Source: Epiperipatus broadwayi (lineage: Eukaryota; Animalia; Onychophora). From it: a stretch of DNA of 64,000 bases. Of the stretch, positions 51,561 to 64,000 are shown piece after piece. The notes below the pieces were generated by a model, which made no database searches, was not told where the DNA came from, and saw only the letters and a list, made by a program, of their open reading frames with translations. Position 1 is the stretch's first letter; each line of letters opens with the position of its first letter. The position numbers and the translations under genes were made by a program. The DNA is taken from assembly GCA_028023455.1 (NCBI GenBank), contig JAQFVV010000007.1, forward strand, positions 6,262,001 to 6,326,000, in the 5' to 3' direction.

Positions 51561-52630
51561 TTAGATATCAAAAACAGAACTATTTTTGGACATATTTATC
51601 TACTAACATTAATCAGTCTTAAGATAATTAGCTACCTATCTTACAAACACCGGTGAAATTTTATTTTTTATTCTATATATTGTAATGGTATACATATGCC
51701 ATTACATTATTTTAAAATTAATACTTAAAGGGGGAAAAGATCGCAAGTAAAAATGATTTTATTAAAAACTAAAAGAAAATTAAGAGTTATGTTTAACATA
51801 TATATTTGAGCAGATGGAAAACTTTAAAACTATTTTAGGAAAAAAAAAAGTATTTAAAAGTCCTTTTTTTTTTGGTAAAAAAAAAAGCAAAGATCTAAAG
51901 ATAAAGATTGATATTTTTGAAAATAGAAATGTTAATTTCTATCATGTTTTATCTTAGAAAATGGAAGTGATTGTTTTATTAATTAAATGTAAAGCAAACT
52001 AGCCATTGGGGCACTTAAATAATAACGGTCAGATAAGAGAATGAAATTAAAAATTGACCAATGGAAGCACAAAGCCACAGCACAAGCCAGAAAGAAACAA
52101 CATCCAGTCTTTAGGATCAGCGATGTCATGTTTGATGGATCCGTAAAAATGCTGATAAGAGGCTGTGAAAGTATAAAAAGCCAAAATAATTGAATTGATT
52201 AGTTTTTTTCGTTGTTTTTAATCTGACTATTAATCTACATATGAACTGTAGCTGTATTGCAGATTCCACGATGTAAGAGTCTGCAATAGATTTAATTTCC
52301 TGAGAACCAGCTGAGGCCTCCCGATGACAGTTCTTTAGCAAATTAATGGCAAGTAGCGGCTTCAGTTCCAAGGAGAACGGACAATCTACGAAAATGATTA
52401 TGAAGATGGACCTCTAAATCTGCCGGAATCTGTAAAGTATGAACTCTTTTGTTTATCTAATATGAACTTTTACAAACTTGCAATTAGTAACTGAAAATAA
52501 GAACTCTTATCTGACTTAAAGGAATTCTAAATCAATTATTAATAAATTTTTTTTTATGCATATGTTTTATAATCATTTCCATTTTTCTTTTATTTTATTA
52601 AGTAAATTTTTAAAATGTATTAAATTTAAA

Positions 52631-53137
52631 GTTGGGTGTAGATAGCTGCATAGATTCGTTAAGTTTGGAGTTAGGTCCTTGGGGTTAATTTCAGACTATT
52701 TGTCTTGTCGTTGAGTCGATGTTTGTAGAGAGATATATGGGTTGTTATATTAATGTAATGTAAAGTGTGTTAGCATACAGGGCAATGTGCCCAACTGAAT
52801 GCATGACCCCAAAGATGTAGTCATTGCGTTGCAATGGATGCAGACGTATTTCCTGCGACATTTACCCCCTTTCACTCTATGGATAGGGAATGTAAGTCTG
52901 CAAAGTACCGCTCTCCCCCATACGTAGCATTTATCTTAAATATTTTATATACATGATTCCTTCGCCAGACAGACGCACATTTCTGTGAGTGTGGTTTTAT
53001 GCCAACATTTTCATATTGCGTTGGTTGCGTCTGTATATCAGGAAGCAAACGTTGGTTTAGTTACGAACTTTTAGCCTGAGGTTGAATATTTTGAAAAGCT
53101 TTAATTGTGTAATCTATGTAGCCTATCTATACTCAAC
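52631..53137. mobile_element. Non-autonomous TIR element (about 510 bp)
   Basis: gttgggtgtagatagctgcatagatt ... aatctatgtagcctatctatactcaac form imperfect about 26-bp terminal inverted repeats around a CpG-retaining interior. Confidence 0.6.
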
Positions 53138-53789
53138 ATTCTAAAGTAAAAATATTATATAAATGTCCATCTGTGCGGACTTTTTAAAATAATGATTTAA
53201 ATTTAAAATTAGTAATAAAATCTAAATTTATTCCTCAAATTTATATATGTGCATCAATAGATGTTTTTTGTGTGTTATTATTGGCAGTGACTTTTTTTTT
53301 TTTTTTTAATATTAAAAATATATTTTAAGAATTTAAATCTTTTTTTTTATTAAAATGTTTAAGAATTTATCTCTGCTTCTCCTTGAGCTACTAGCATGGG
53401 CTAACGGTCAATAATAAAATAAAAGTTGGATCTTTAGCAATACGTATCTGCCTACTATTTAAATATTCTAGGTTCAAATGGCCTAGTGGCGCGCGCCCTG
53501 TACGGCAGATACAGTAAGAGTCCTTTCATTCTCGATCGTTGTAATAGTTTTTCTTTTGCCTGTAAAGTAGTCTTCCCAGTGCTAGTTCATTGTTGCATTT
53601 AGTATGAGTTCACAAAACCTGTGCACATTATATTCCTATTTATAATTGTGTATGTGTGCATGTGTATAAATAATGTATATATATATACTGCACATGCCTG
53701 TGTTTATACATGTAGAAATGTATGTACACATTTCTAGTATGCATGTACATAAACTGATAACAAATTCTATATTTTTTTAAAAAAAATCC

Positions 53790-54024
53790 AAAATTCTAGG
53801 ACTGTGACCAAAATCATCGTTTTGATATTTCTCAATCATTTGGGCTATGCCTCTCTTTGTCAAAATATAACTAGCATGAGCTGCCTGTTCTGTCAGATCA
53901 CTTTGGTTGGGATTGTCTTCTAATTCATCATTTGCTTCTAAATCCAAGGTCATATCCAAAGCTTGCCTTAGATGTGGAACTTGTTTATTGAGACTATTCA
54001 CATTCAATTTATCATGAATATGCA
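53790..54024 (-). pseudogene. CSNK2B: Casein kinase II beta retro-fragment
   Basis: [75 protein letters not shown]. Lacks EMLYGLI and is truncated at both ends. Confidence 0.92.
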
Positions 54025-54299
54025 CTCGAAAGGCAATGGAGCAAGATGGCAAAGAAAGCTGAATGAAACCGGAGGAAAGGATGCACCATGAAACCTGCCC
54101 ACCCATTTCACAAGTAAAACCCATTCAACTAAGTCTCTAGCATTTTATTTACTTCAGTTGAGCAAACAGAGGTTCCCAAAACTGAAAGATTGAAATGATG
54201 AAATAGAAGTGAAGTTAGAAAAATTAGATCCAAATTGTGATGCATGCAACTCGAACCATCATCTTCCATCAATCCCTCATCACTGTTAAAGCAGTCAAG

Positions 54300-55000
54300 A
54301 TGAGTTTTTTGTATTATGATAGTGCCATTACTGTATTTTCTCCCGATGCTCCTCTATTTCAAATAGAACATGCACAAGAGGCTGTCAAAAAGGTTTCCAC
54401 AGTAGCTAGTGTAAGAGGTAAGATTATTGTAATATTAGGAGTTGAAAAAAAAAATTGGTTGCAAAACTTTAAGAAGACAAAAAGTTCAGAAAATCTGCCT
54501 TCTCATTGATCATGTAGAAATGACATTTGCATGATTGATTGCAGCTGTAAGAATTTTAATTAATAGAGCACTAATTGAGTGCCAATGTCGTAAACTAACA
54601 ATTGAAGATCCTGCAACATTGAAATATATTAATTGGTATGTTGCCACTTTAAAACAGCATTATACTCAAAACAATGATCAGCGTCCTTTTGGCATTTCAA
54701 CATTAATTGCAGGATTTGATTACGATGGCATACCACATCTTTATCAAGCAGATCTTTCTGGAACATATCATGAATGGAGGGCTGATGCAATTGATTGTAA
54801 TGCTAAACATGTACACAAATATTTAGAAAAAAAAAACTATATTGATGACAGAGAATGAAATTAGCAATTCAAGTTCTATTATAAGTTATACAATCCGGTG
54901 GTAAAAATATTGAATTAGTTATCCTGAGGAGACAACCATCAGAAATGTTAAATGTGACAGAAATTGAAAAAGAGGAAGAATCAGGGAAAAAAAGAAATAA
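54300..55000 (+). pseudogene. PSMA7: Proteasome alpha-4 subunit processed pseudogene, full CDS
   Basis: [24 protein letters not shown]...ILGVEKK...RILINRA.IECQ..KLTIEDP...RPFGIS.LIAGFD.DG.P.LYQ.D.SGTY.EWRA...QSGGKNIEL. Intronless and frameshifted, with AATAAA near 55235. Confidence 0.95.
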
Positions 55001-57539
55001 TATTTTTGCAAGTTTATTAAAATTGATATTTTTAGTAATCGGACTTCTAAATTATAGTAATGTCTTTGGATTTGGTTAATATATGAATAAATTAATTCTA
55101 TTGTTTTATAGTTGCATGTGTATGTGTGTGTGTTTATCAATGTATATATTTTCTTTTACTGATTAAATTTATTAATAACAATGGAAAATTGTTTAAAGTG
55201 TATGTTTATTATATTTATACAATGTAATTAAAATAATAAAGCATTCTTCCTGCTCTGTTAAGTATATTTAAATATAAACAATACTATATTATTAATTTTA
55301 ATGACTAATTATCATAAAGTAGTAATTTGGTTACCCCTCCACCTTCACTTTCTTTGTTAAAATGCAGATCAGCTAGATTTCTATTTCTTTTCCATTTAGT
55401 AATTAGATTTACACAATCTTTTTTTATTAGATGAAGACTTTAAAATGCTTAGTTATTTTTGTATTTTTCACCCATCACACACATGCAATCCATCTTTATT
55501 TAGCAATTGATGGAATCTTTCGGAGATTAATTATGACATCAATCATGAATTAAATGGATCTAATGAATTAAAATAGAAAAACAGGCAGTTTACTGCAATT
55601 AAGCATTTTATTTATAAGCATTTACTGAAATTGTTTTGTCTTTTAATTTATTTTCAACGGTGATTTCACTGCCATCTAGTCTCCATTGATAACAATGCTC
55701 ATCTTATTTTGAATGCAAATATGGATTAAAACTTATTATATTCATTGGCATTTATTCTACATCATTTAATAACATTAAATTATTTGTTATAATCAGATAA
55801 TCCGCACTTATTATCTCTGATATTGCAAAATATTTAAATTCAGATTTTATTATTCTTTCTTCTTAATATTTATTTAGGAGTTGCTCAGGTAGTTTCTTGC
55901 TTTTAGAAAGGGCTAGCAAAAACTTGCTTTTTAACAATGAACATATTTTGGGATTTAAACTGGATGTATTCTCCTTATCAAGTACAAATATTTTAAAATC
56001 CTTTTCAGATTTGGAAAGTTTGAGTATCAGAAATGACAGATATGGTTCACGGACTTGAGCTTTAGAGTCTGCCATTGAATTTAATCAAACAAAGCACACT
56101 TGTATGTATAATGGTAAAATGCTTTAAAAAATAGTAATTCTGTATACTTGTGTTGATTAAAGAAAAAATTAAACTTAAACAGTATTAATTAAATAGAATA
56201 AAATTAAATATATGAATTTAATTCAAATGTAAAAGAAAAAAGTTAATTGAATTAAAATAAACATAATTTGTTAGTTTAATTTAAACCTAATTTATGAGTA
56301 TCAATTTATTAAATGAAATTTATTAGTGTATATTGTTTTAAAAAAGATTATATGTATATAAAATAATCTTTATTTAGATTTGATTATGAAGAAATTTTGC
56401 ATTTACGTATGTGGTTGTAAATTGGATAGTAAATGTTTATGATACTTTTATATGCAGTTTGATTAATTGCATTCTTTGGGCATATATCTGATAAAAAACT
56501 GACCAGATAGTAGATGACTCACCATTGTGATATTTTGAGAGTAAACATTGTTTTTATACACAATTGAGATTATAATTATATTTTTTTTTTTTTAACATTT
56601 CAACTTGTTTCTAAAAGAATCCGTTAAAAAAACTATCCTTTATTTTTCATATGTGATAGCAGCGTCTGGGAGGCAAACCCGCAACAACCGTCTACAACCA
56701 ATTGCTTGCTTGCAAAGGCCGCTGCTATCCCTTTTGAATGCATGTTTTGACAACATTGTAAAAATAGCCAGATATTAGTTTTTGAATAGTTTTTTCATTT
56801 ATGTCAAGTATAAACTTTTAGAATTATTTTTGTATATATTTTGTGATTAAGAATCGTTATATATTATTCACATCACATATAGATTATTGATCTAAGTTTT
56901 TAACAGTTCAGCCTTTTCATAAAAGAATATTTTATGAAAGTTATATTTTTTGAACCCATCATGATTTTGCTACTTGTGGTAACTAGCTCAGTGTCTGAAA
57001 ATATTAAAAACTTTCTCCGTTTTTTGTATTCTCATCCGCTTTGAAAACAAACTGCAAATTTTTGGGCATGCAAGTTGAAAACCAATCTGCATTATAGATA
57101 TTCATATGACATCAATAAACTATTTTGAATTGATTTTTCAATCTTATCATTAATAAATGTGGTACTGAAATTGTAATTTTTCTGCATATTTTCCAATGCC
57201 ATGATGGCAGGCCTGAAAATGTTTGAAAAATAAATTCTGGCTGTATGTCACTTAAATACATTAATCTTTTAGAATTACTATTTTCACATCATTGTTTCTT
57301 AACCACTATCTCCCAACCACTCATTTTTAATGTTTTGGGTATAATAAAAAATGAATTTTTTTCAAAGAAAATCTTGTGGGAAAATAATAAATCTTTAAGA
57401 TGAAATGTTATTGATCATATTCAGGATTATTATGAGATATAATAGAAGGAAAAATAATTAAACAAAAAGGTAAAGAATGATTATTGTATAACATATGTCA
57501 ATAGTTCATTGATTTTCAATATAGGATGATTATCTAAAC

Positions 57540-60482
57540 CAGCCATACTCAACCTTTTTCTTTCCTGGGTCATATATTTGTGTGCTACATCAAGCGGGCT
57601 GCAACATGCTATATAAGCGATCGGAAACCAATTGGTGTCACATGAAAAAATGTCTGACTTCTCAATTCATGCATGTCACAGATTGGATCACTTTACTACA
57701 TCTTAGAATTAACATATTAATAAAATGCAAACACTTTTATTTGATATAAACATTTATTTAAATATCAATGTGATTTTTGATATTGAAATAAACTTTTAAT
57801 AATTTTACATAAATCTGGTGTATGCTACATGCTACTCTTAATATATCATCAAGGTGAGAATCAGTAAGGCTGTTTCTGTATACATTCTTCACATATTTCA
57901 TTTTTGAATAAGATAATTCACAAAGGTATATCAATGCAAACAATATGAGCAACATTTGTAAACACTTTTTGACAGTTTTATATTTTTTAAGCACTAATTT
58001 TCATTTCCCTTCCTTTTTTTTTTAAAAATGGCTTCCAAATTTATGTCATTTTTAAATTCAACAAATTTGTCAAATAGCTTAACATAATCATGTCCAAATG
58101 CAGCTAATTGTGTAATAGTTGCTATTTCTAAATGCCAGGGATTTTCTATAAGTAAAAGACCATTCTTAATATTTTTTAAATCTTGAAATCTACTTTTAAA
58201 TTCTTTCAGTAAGATAGCTAAATAATTTGAAATAACTATTTTAGGTTTCTGAAGAAATATGAATATCATCTTGCTTAGCATTTGTCAATGTTGGAAAATG
58301 ATATAGTATTTGGTTTTGTTAAATCTTAGTAATAAATCTTGAGTTTTTCTTCAAACGCAAATACTTTATTTTCCATTTGTGAAATAATTTTATTTTCGCC
58401 TGGCAAACTAATATTAAAATCAGTTTTTCTGTGATGTCACATAAAAATGCTAAAAGACACCATCCATCACTGTCAAACTCATTATAAACTTTATTGTTTT
58501 CTTGTAAAAATGAAATAATTTCATGACGTATTAAAAAAAAGCGATCCAAAATTTTATCTCTCCTTAGCCATTGCACTGAAGAATGCAAAAGTACATAATC
58601 ATAATTACTATTTATTTCTCCAAAAGATTTTTAAATTTTCTGTGGTTCAATTCTCTAGCTCAAATATAATTCACAATGTTTATGAGGATTTTCATCACAG
58701 GATCTACTTTAATAGGTATATGTGCCCCCAAGTTTACAACAACCGATTATATATTTTTTTTTAATAGGGAAACAAATCCCTTTTCGGATCCAATCATTGA
58801 TGGACATCCATCAGTGCACACGGAAAACAATTTTTTTATTTCAATATTATTATTCTCCAGAAAAATACAAATACTATTGAGAAAATCACTACCTCTAATT
58901 TTATCCTTCAGAGAAAGAAATTTCAAAAAATTTTCATAAATTGAATTCTGTTCCACACAGTATCTGATAAAAATAGCTCATTGTGATGTTGTTTAAATGT
59001 CAGTACTAGAATCAACAGCCAAACTAAAATATTTGCAGTTTTTCATATCGTCTACTATAAAAGATCAAAAATATGTTTTTCAATATTTCTAATGCAGGTA
59101 GAATCTGACAGTTGTAATTTCTTAATTTGTAATAATATTTGATTTTTATTATTAAATTTATCAAATAGTATATTCAAAGCATTTATGAAACATTCTTTCA
59201 CAACTTCAACATCCGTAAATGGTTTCTTATTTTTGCCAAGTATATAACAAATTTCATATGATGCTCATGTTACCGCTACTTCTTGTGTGATTGCCACTAA
59301 CATAACATGTTGTTCTTGTTGCAATGATTTCCTGAAGAAAGCTAATTTTTCACTTCTTATTAAAGACCCATGAGCAAAAATGTCATTAAACAATTTATAT
59401 TTCATGGTGTAATGATGATCAAGGTTATATTTTTCAATGTGACAGTTTCTCGACAAATCAAATTTGTTGATGAACCTTTGTTATTTAACACAACAAAATA
59501 TTCCTCTTCCCAGTTGTCTTGAAATATTCTATTTTTATCCAATAATTTTCGTTTGTTTGCTTGAAGACATCATTATGGTATTTAAATTATAATTTGACAT
59601 AAAATACTATGCGTCTGTGTTTTTTATTAATTCACATATAAAAACTAACATGTATCATCTTGCCTTCAAAAGCATAGACTGTTGGAAGATTGAATTAAAG
59701 TTTCAAACTTCTGATTGGTCAATTATACAATCTGCAGTATCTGATTGGTCAATTATACAATCTGCAGTAAATATATTTGTCTTTTTAAAATTATATTTGT
59801 TATAGTTTAGTATCAAAATGCAAATTCATAATTTGTCAGATTACAAAAAGGTTTTTAAAAAATAAATTTCTATTTATAATTGATGATAATAATCTAACCC
59901 ACATTCAAATTAAAATAAACATTTACTAACCAATTATAAATTACAGCCGTAATTCACTGAATTCCTTATCAATATGTTTTAGTGTAAAAGTAAATATTTT
60001 TGACCAAAATATGAAAAACAAACAAGTGGGTAAAAAAAAGTTTAGCAAATTACATTTTTAAATTTGAAATGTAAAAATACAAATGTCAAAGTCATGGATT
60101 GGCGCTCTTTTGTGTAGAAAAGAAGAAACAACCAATCAGAAGCTTGAAAAGATGGATTTACATCATTATACCATTAAATTTAAATATTATTGTTTTTTTA
60201 CTTGTAAAAAAATACTGATGGTGCTAAAATCAGTGAAATAATGCTAAAGATAGTAGGTTGAGAGCGAGTACAAGCCATATATGAAGATATCTGGCACTTC
60301 TGTTCAAGTTCTTCAGATCTGTGAAATGAAAAAAATGACAGATAACGTTATTAGTGTGTCAATAAAAAAATCAATCGGATGTGGTTATTCATAAATTAAG
60401 AAGTGTGTTGTCACATCTGTTAACCATCACTTTTGCTGAGCCGCATATAAAAGCTTGGTGGGCTGCAGGTAGAGTATGGCAG
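57540..60482 (-). mobile_element. hAT transposon (SPIN/GTF2IRD2-like transposase), complete ends, decayed ORF
   Basis: TIRs cagccatactcaacc / ggtagagtatggcag with an 8-bp TSD ATCTAAAC on both sides. Transposase motifs SVCTDGCPSMIG, VQWLRRDKIL, LAFLCDITE, YLCELSYSKMKYVK. Confidence 0.95.
59710..59769 (+). repeat. Perfect 30-bp tandem duplication containing CCAAT boxes
   Basis: tctgattggtcaattatacaatctgcagta x2, upstream of the transposase start. Confidence 0.9.
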
Positions 60483-60490
60483 ATCTAAAC

Positions 60491-63310
60491 CAAGAATTCC
60501 CAAACTTTTTCCAGCCAGAGACCCCTTTACCAAAAACTTTTAAAATCGTCGATCCTCTAGTCATTTACTTTACTTACTCAAATTAATAGATTTGTACAGT
60601 ACTCGATATTATATATTTCACTAAATATCAAACTTTTCATTTTAATCTCTTGTAATTAATGATTGAAAAAGATAAAAGAATACGGAATATGGCATTATCT
60701 TGTGCAACATTTAATATTGAAACCTGCACAAAGGAAATTAAAGCAAAAAAATACGAGCAGTTTTTTTTTAATTTTTGACATGAAATAAATATGTAAATTC
60801 AAAATAAGTCAAATATTGAAATCACTTTATTAAACATAAAAATGAAGTGAAAAAAATCCAACATATTCAGGCAGAATTTAACATCAACAAAATTACAACG
60901 ATGAAAGATTTTAATCAGCATTATAAAAATAAGAATATCAAATAAATTAGCTTGGAAAACTGAATTTAATGAAATGTGTGCACCTGGTGATCTGTCAACA
61001 ATTTTATGTCCGGTTTTAAATTAATGTGTTGCATTCTCAAATCTCCATGTTCACTGATATGCAATCGATGTCTGTTCTGAAGCAGATTTAAAACTACACT
61101 GAAGCCTCTCTACCAGATACAAAGATGGAAATGCCAGGAAATGCTTTTATACAACAGTACTTAGAGGTGAGTACAGAAGTGGAATATCTTGTTGCAACCA
61201 AAACTTTTGATAACCCCGTTTGAATTGTACCTTGAGATTCTCATTCTTGCTGATGGTTATCAGCTCATCTTACAAAATATATTTGTTTCTGCCCTAGTAG
61301 TGTATGGGTTTATTATCCAGTCCAGTATTTCCAATTATAGAATATCTTCGAACCTAGTTTTGAAATCTAAGTTGCTGATGTACAGCAAGTTGTTTTCTTC
61401 TTGGATTGTGCCTATTTTGAATAAGTTTGGGAACTGGGAAAGTTCAGATCTTTCAATATTTTGCTTTGATGAGATTCAAATTGTCTCCTTGCAGTTCTAA
61501 ATTAACATCATCATATTTGTTAAATAAGTAATATCTGTTTTACTCTTAAATAAATTTTCTTTCAAACTGGAATCCTTGTCTTCCAAAAACTAAAACATTG
61601 AAAAAGTGCAAAAAATCTTGCCAAACATAAACCTTTTGAAAGCCAGTGGACTTTGGTATGAAGAATCAATTGTTAGGAATTTTTGTCACTTTCTTTATGT
61701 AATCGAGCGAACAGTCTAGTGTTACTTTGAATTTTGTTCACAGCTGTTATAACAAACTGAAGTGATTGGTGCAGTTTGTTACTAAGGTTCTTGACTATTA
61801 AATATTGCCTATGGATTATGCAGTGAACTATTTCAGGTAACTTATGAAACTGCGACAACTACTATCCATAGTTCTTGCTCCATTTGTTACAACAGATATT
61901 ATATTTGTCAATGGAATCACTTTTTCCTGAAAAATAGCTCAATTAAATTAAAAATCGATTCACCTCTGGTGTCAGTTTCTAAAATTCTAGTAAAAAGCAG
62001 CTCTTCATGCACTTTCATATCTTGAATAAAGTGAACATACACCAGCAACAAAACTTCATTACTGAATAATGCTAAGTCTTCCAATTGGAGGGAAAAAATA
62101 TTTTTTTTGCAAACGGTTACACTAACTGTTTTCGACACCATAACTCATTTCGTTGATATGTCTTTGAACTGTGTTATTACTCAAAGGAATCCTTTTTATA
62201 ATATCTTGCTTTTTTATTACATCTTGTGCAGGTTTGTCAAGTACAATGTTTTCAATACCTATGTGACGGCCGATAAAATCAATTTCTCCCCTGTGGTATG
62301 CAGCTTGCCAGACTTCACAATGAGGTTGTATGATGCCTTTAATCCATCATTATTTTGTTTTGATGATTAAGCAAACATATTATCTATCGTAGTTCTTTTC
62401 AGAATTTTATCTTTAAATAATTGAAAGTATGACAAATATTTTTCTTTTTTGTCAGGGTGAATTCTGTTCAAGTGATCTGCTAGTTTTGATGGTTTCATAG
62501 CTTCATTACTAAAGAACTTTTTTTGCATATGAGGCACAGTGGTAAATGTTTGATAATAACAGGACAAATCCAAGCTTCAAATAGTCCAAGTTGTACTGTC
62601 TGCATTTCTTTTTGGTTTAGTCATATTATTATTGTAAGAAGTAAAAACTTATTAACAAACAGTTTCACCAGACCCTGTGATTAAAAAAAACAATAAAGTA
62701 TGTATTTGCTCAAAACAAGATTTTTGTTCAAACTCGAATAAATAAATTGTTGCCTCTGATTTTCTTTTTCGTAGTATTGCTCCTCAATAAATAATTATAT
62801 TCAAAGTTCAAATCACAAATAAGTATATGTAACAGCAAATGAACTAATAGGGTTTTATGAAAGCATGACCGCACAAGACTGATAGATTCTGCTAATATCG
62901 AATATCATCTCATTCCACCACGAGCAAATGCGGATATGTAATGGTTTTTTATGTCCGCAATTGTTTTGATACATTCGATAAGACAATGCACACATGTGTG
63001 TGCTACATGTATTTTTATGCATTCTTACATGTAACTCTTTAATGACAACATTTTACCTTTTCATTCGCAAGTTTGGTATGTAATGTGCTTTTATCAAAAA
63101 AGTGTTTTGTTTTTTTTTTAAATTATTTTACTTCTTAATTAGGTACCCATTGAAATCATAAATATTTTGAAGTAACAAATAAATAGCAGTAGTAAGGAGT
63201 CTATTTTTGCTGTCGTCGACCCCCAAATTTTTTTTATTGAAACTATCGACCCTAGAAAGTTCAAATTGACCCCAGGGGGTAGATATCATCGACCACTTTG
63301 GGAATTCTTG
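60491..63310 (-). mobile_element. hAT transposon (Buster/ZBED5-SCAND3-like), decayed ORF
   Basis: TIRs caagaattcccaaa / tttgggaattcttg. Motifs FSNEAMKPSKLADHL..IHP, FSLQLED, YVHFIQ..KVHEELLF, HCIIHRQ. Confidence 0.93.
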
Positions 63311-64000
63311 CTCAATTCATTTGATTAACTCCCCTATCAAATTATCTTATTTTTAAAGCATTGATTGTTATGCTGAAATAATAGTTTCACCAATAATACA
63401 TTTATTTCCAAATGTTTATTCAAATATATTTGCAATATAAAGTTGACCTGATAATAGATTATTTTAATAAAAATATTTGTAGTTCTTAAAAGAAATCATT
63501 TAACTTATTGGAAAGTTTGCAAAATGTTTATTTAAACAGCACTTTTTTTTTATTGTGAAATCTGAATGTTATTAAAACAGTTTACAAGCAAAATTCCAAA
63601 AGAATCATTGAAATAAAACTAAATAATCCCCACCTTTAGTTCTATCAATCTCAGTCAAGTTTGTCACATAAAAGATTATTGGTTCTCATCTGATCCTTGG
63701 TGTCAGCCGTGGGATGGCGCGATTTCTAACCAAAAACACATTAATATAACGTTCCCGGGCTTGCGATTCTCTATTAATATTGACTTTTTTTTTTTTGGTT
63801 TACAAAGTTTACTTTCTTTCGTTTCTGAATTATTTTTCCCAAATAATATTTTCTCAAGAGAGAACGGGTTTTTTTGATGGATCTTTAAATAATAATTTAC
63901 GTTATTTTTATAGATTTATATTTGATTGCCGACAACAATTATTGGGAGAAGTGGTTTTTTTTTTCGTGTGTGTATGTTTAAATAAAAATTAAAGTTACTT

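Noticed and set aside
52126-52371. 81-aa minus-strand ORF
   Set aside because: Non-ATG start, no recognisable domain, and it runs into low-complexity sequence.
54025-54124. N-terminal part of the CK2-beta-like ORF in the track
   Set aside because: Apart from VSW it does not align to CK2-beta, so the pseudogene call was limited to 53790-54024.
63690-63780. Candidate last exon of PSMB6
   Set aside because: No frame gives the expected LALAMxRDGSSGG motif. The exon is presumed to lie outside the window.

Overview
Very AT-rich eukaryotic genomic DNA. It looks arthropod-like, but the species cannot be determined from the sequence alone. One intact gene is visible: proteasome catalytic subunit beta-1 (PSMB6/Prosbeta1) on the + strand, with five coding exons (19277-19345, 28874-28941, 40753-40884, 41430-41559, 48839-48983). 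I could not find its last exon, which probably lies beyond 64000. A perfect Nrf/CncC antioxidant response element sits about 30 bp before the ATG. The rest is repeat-derived: RTE-like and other LINEs, a mariner relic, two abutting hAT elements, Penelope-like elements (PLEs), and decayed retrocopies of flotillin-1, HSF, CK2-beta and PSMA7. The most striking unexplained pattern is a dense population of type I hammerhead-ribozyme (HHR) motifs: about a dozen copies in at least five sequence families, all with a self-complementary helix III. Most lie in short insertions whose 3' tail is duplicated in inverted orientation, so the PSMB6 introns are full of fold-back structures. The best case is a GC-rich, near-perfect 305-bp palindrome (39423-39727) carrying two back-to-back hammerheads with intact cores and GUC cleavage sites. 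PLE-associated hammerheads are a known class. What deserves follow-up here is their density, the extended (non-minimal) forms with covariation, a variant core, a possible retrozyme-like array, and a mRNA-PLE chimera. All RNA structures were folded by eye and none has been tested.
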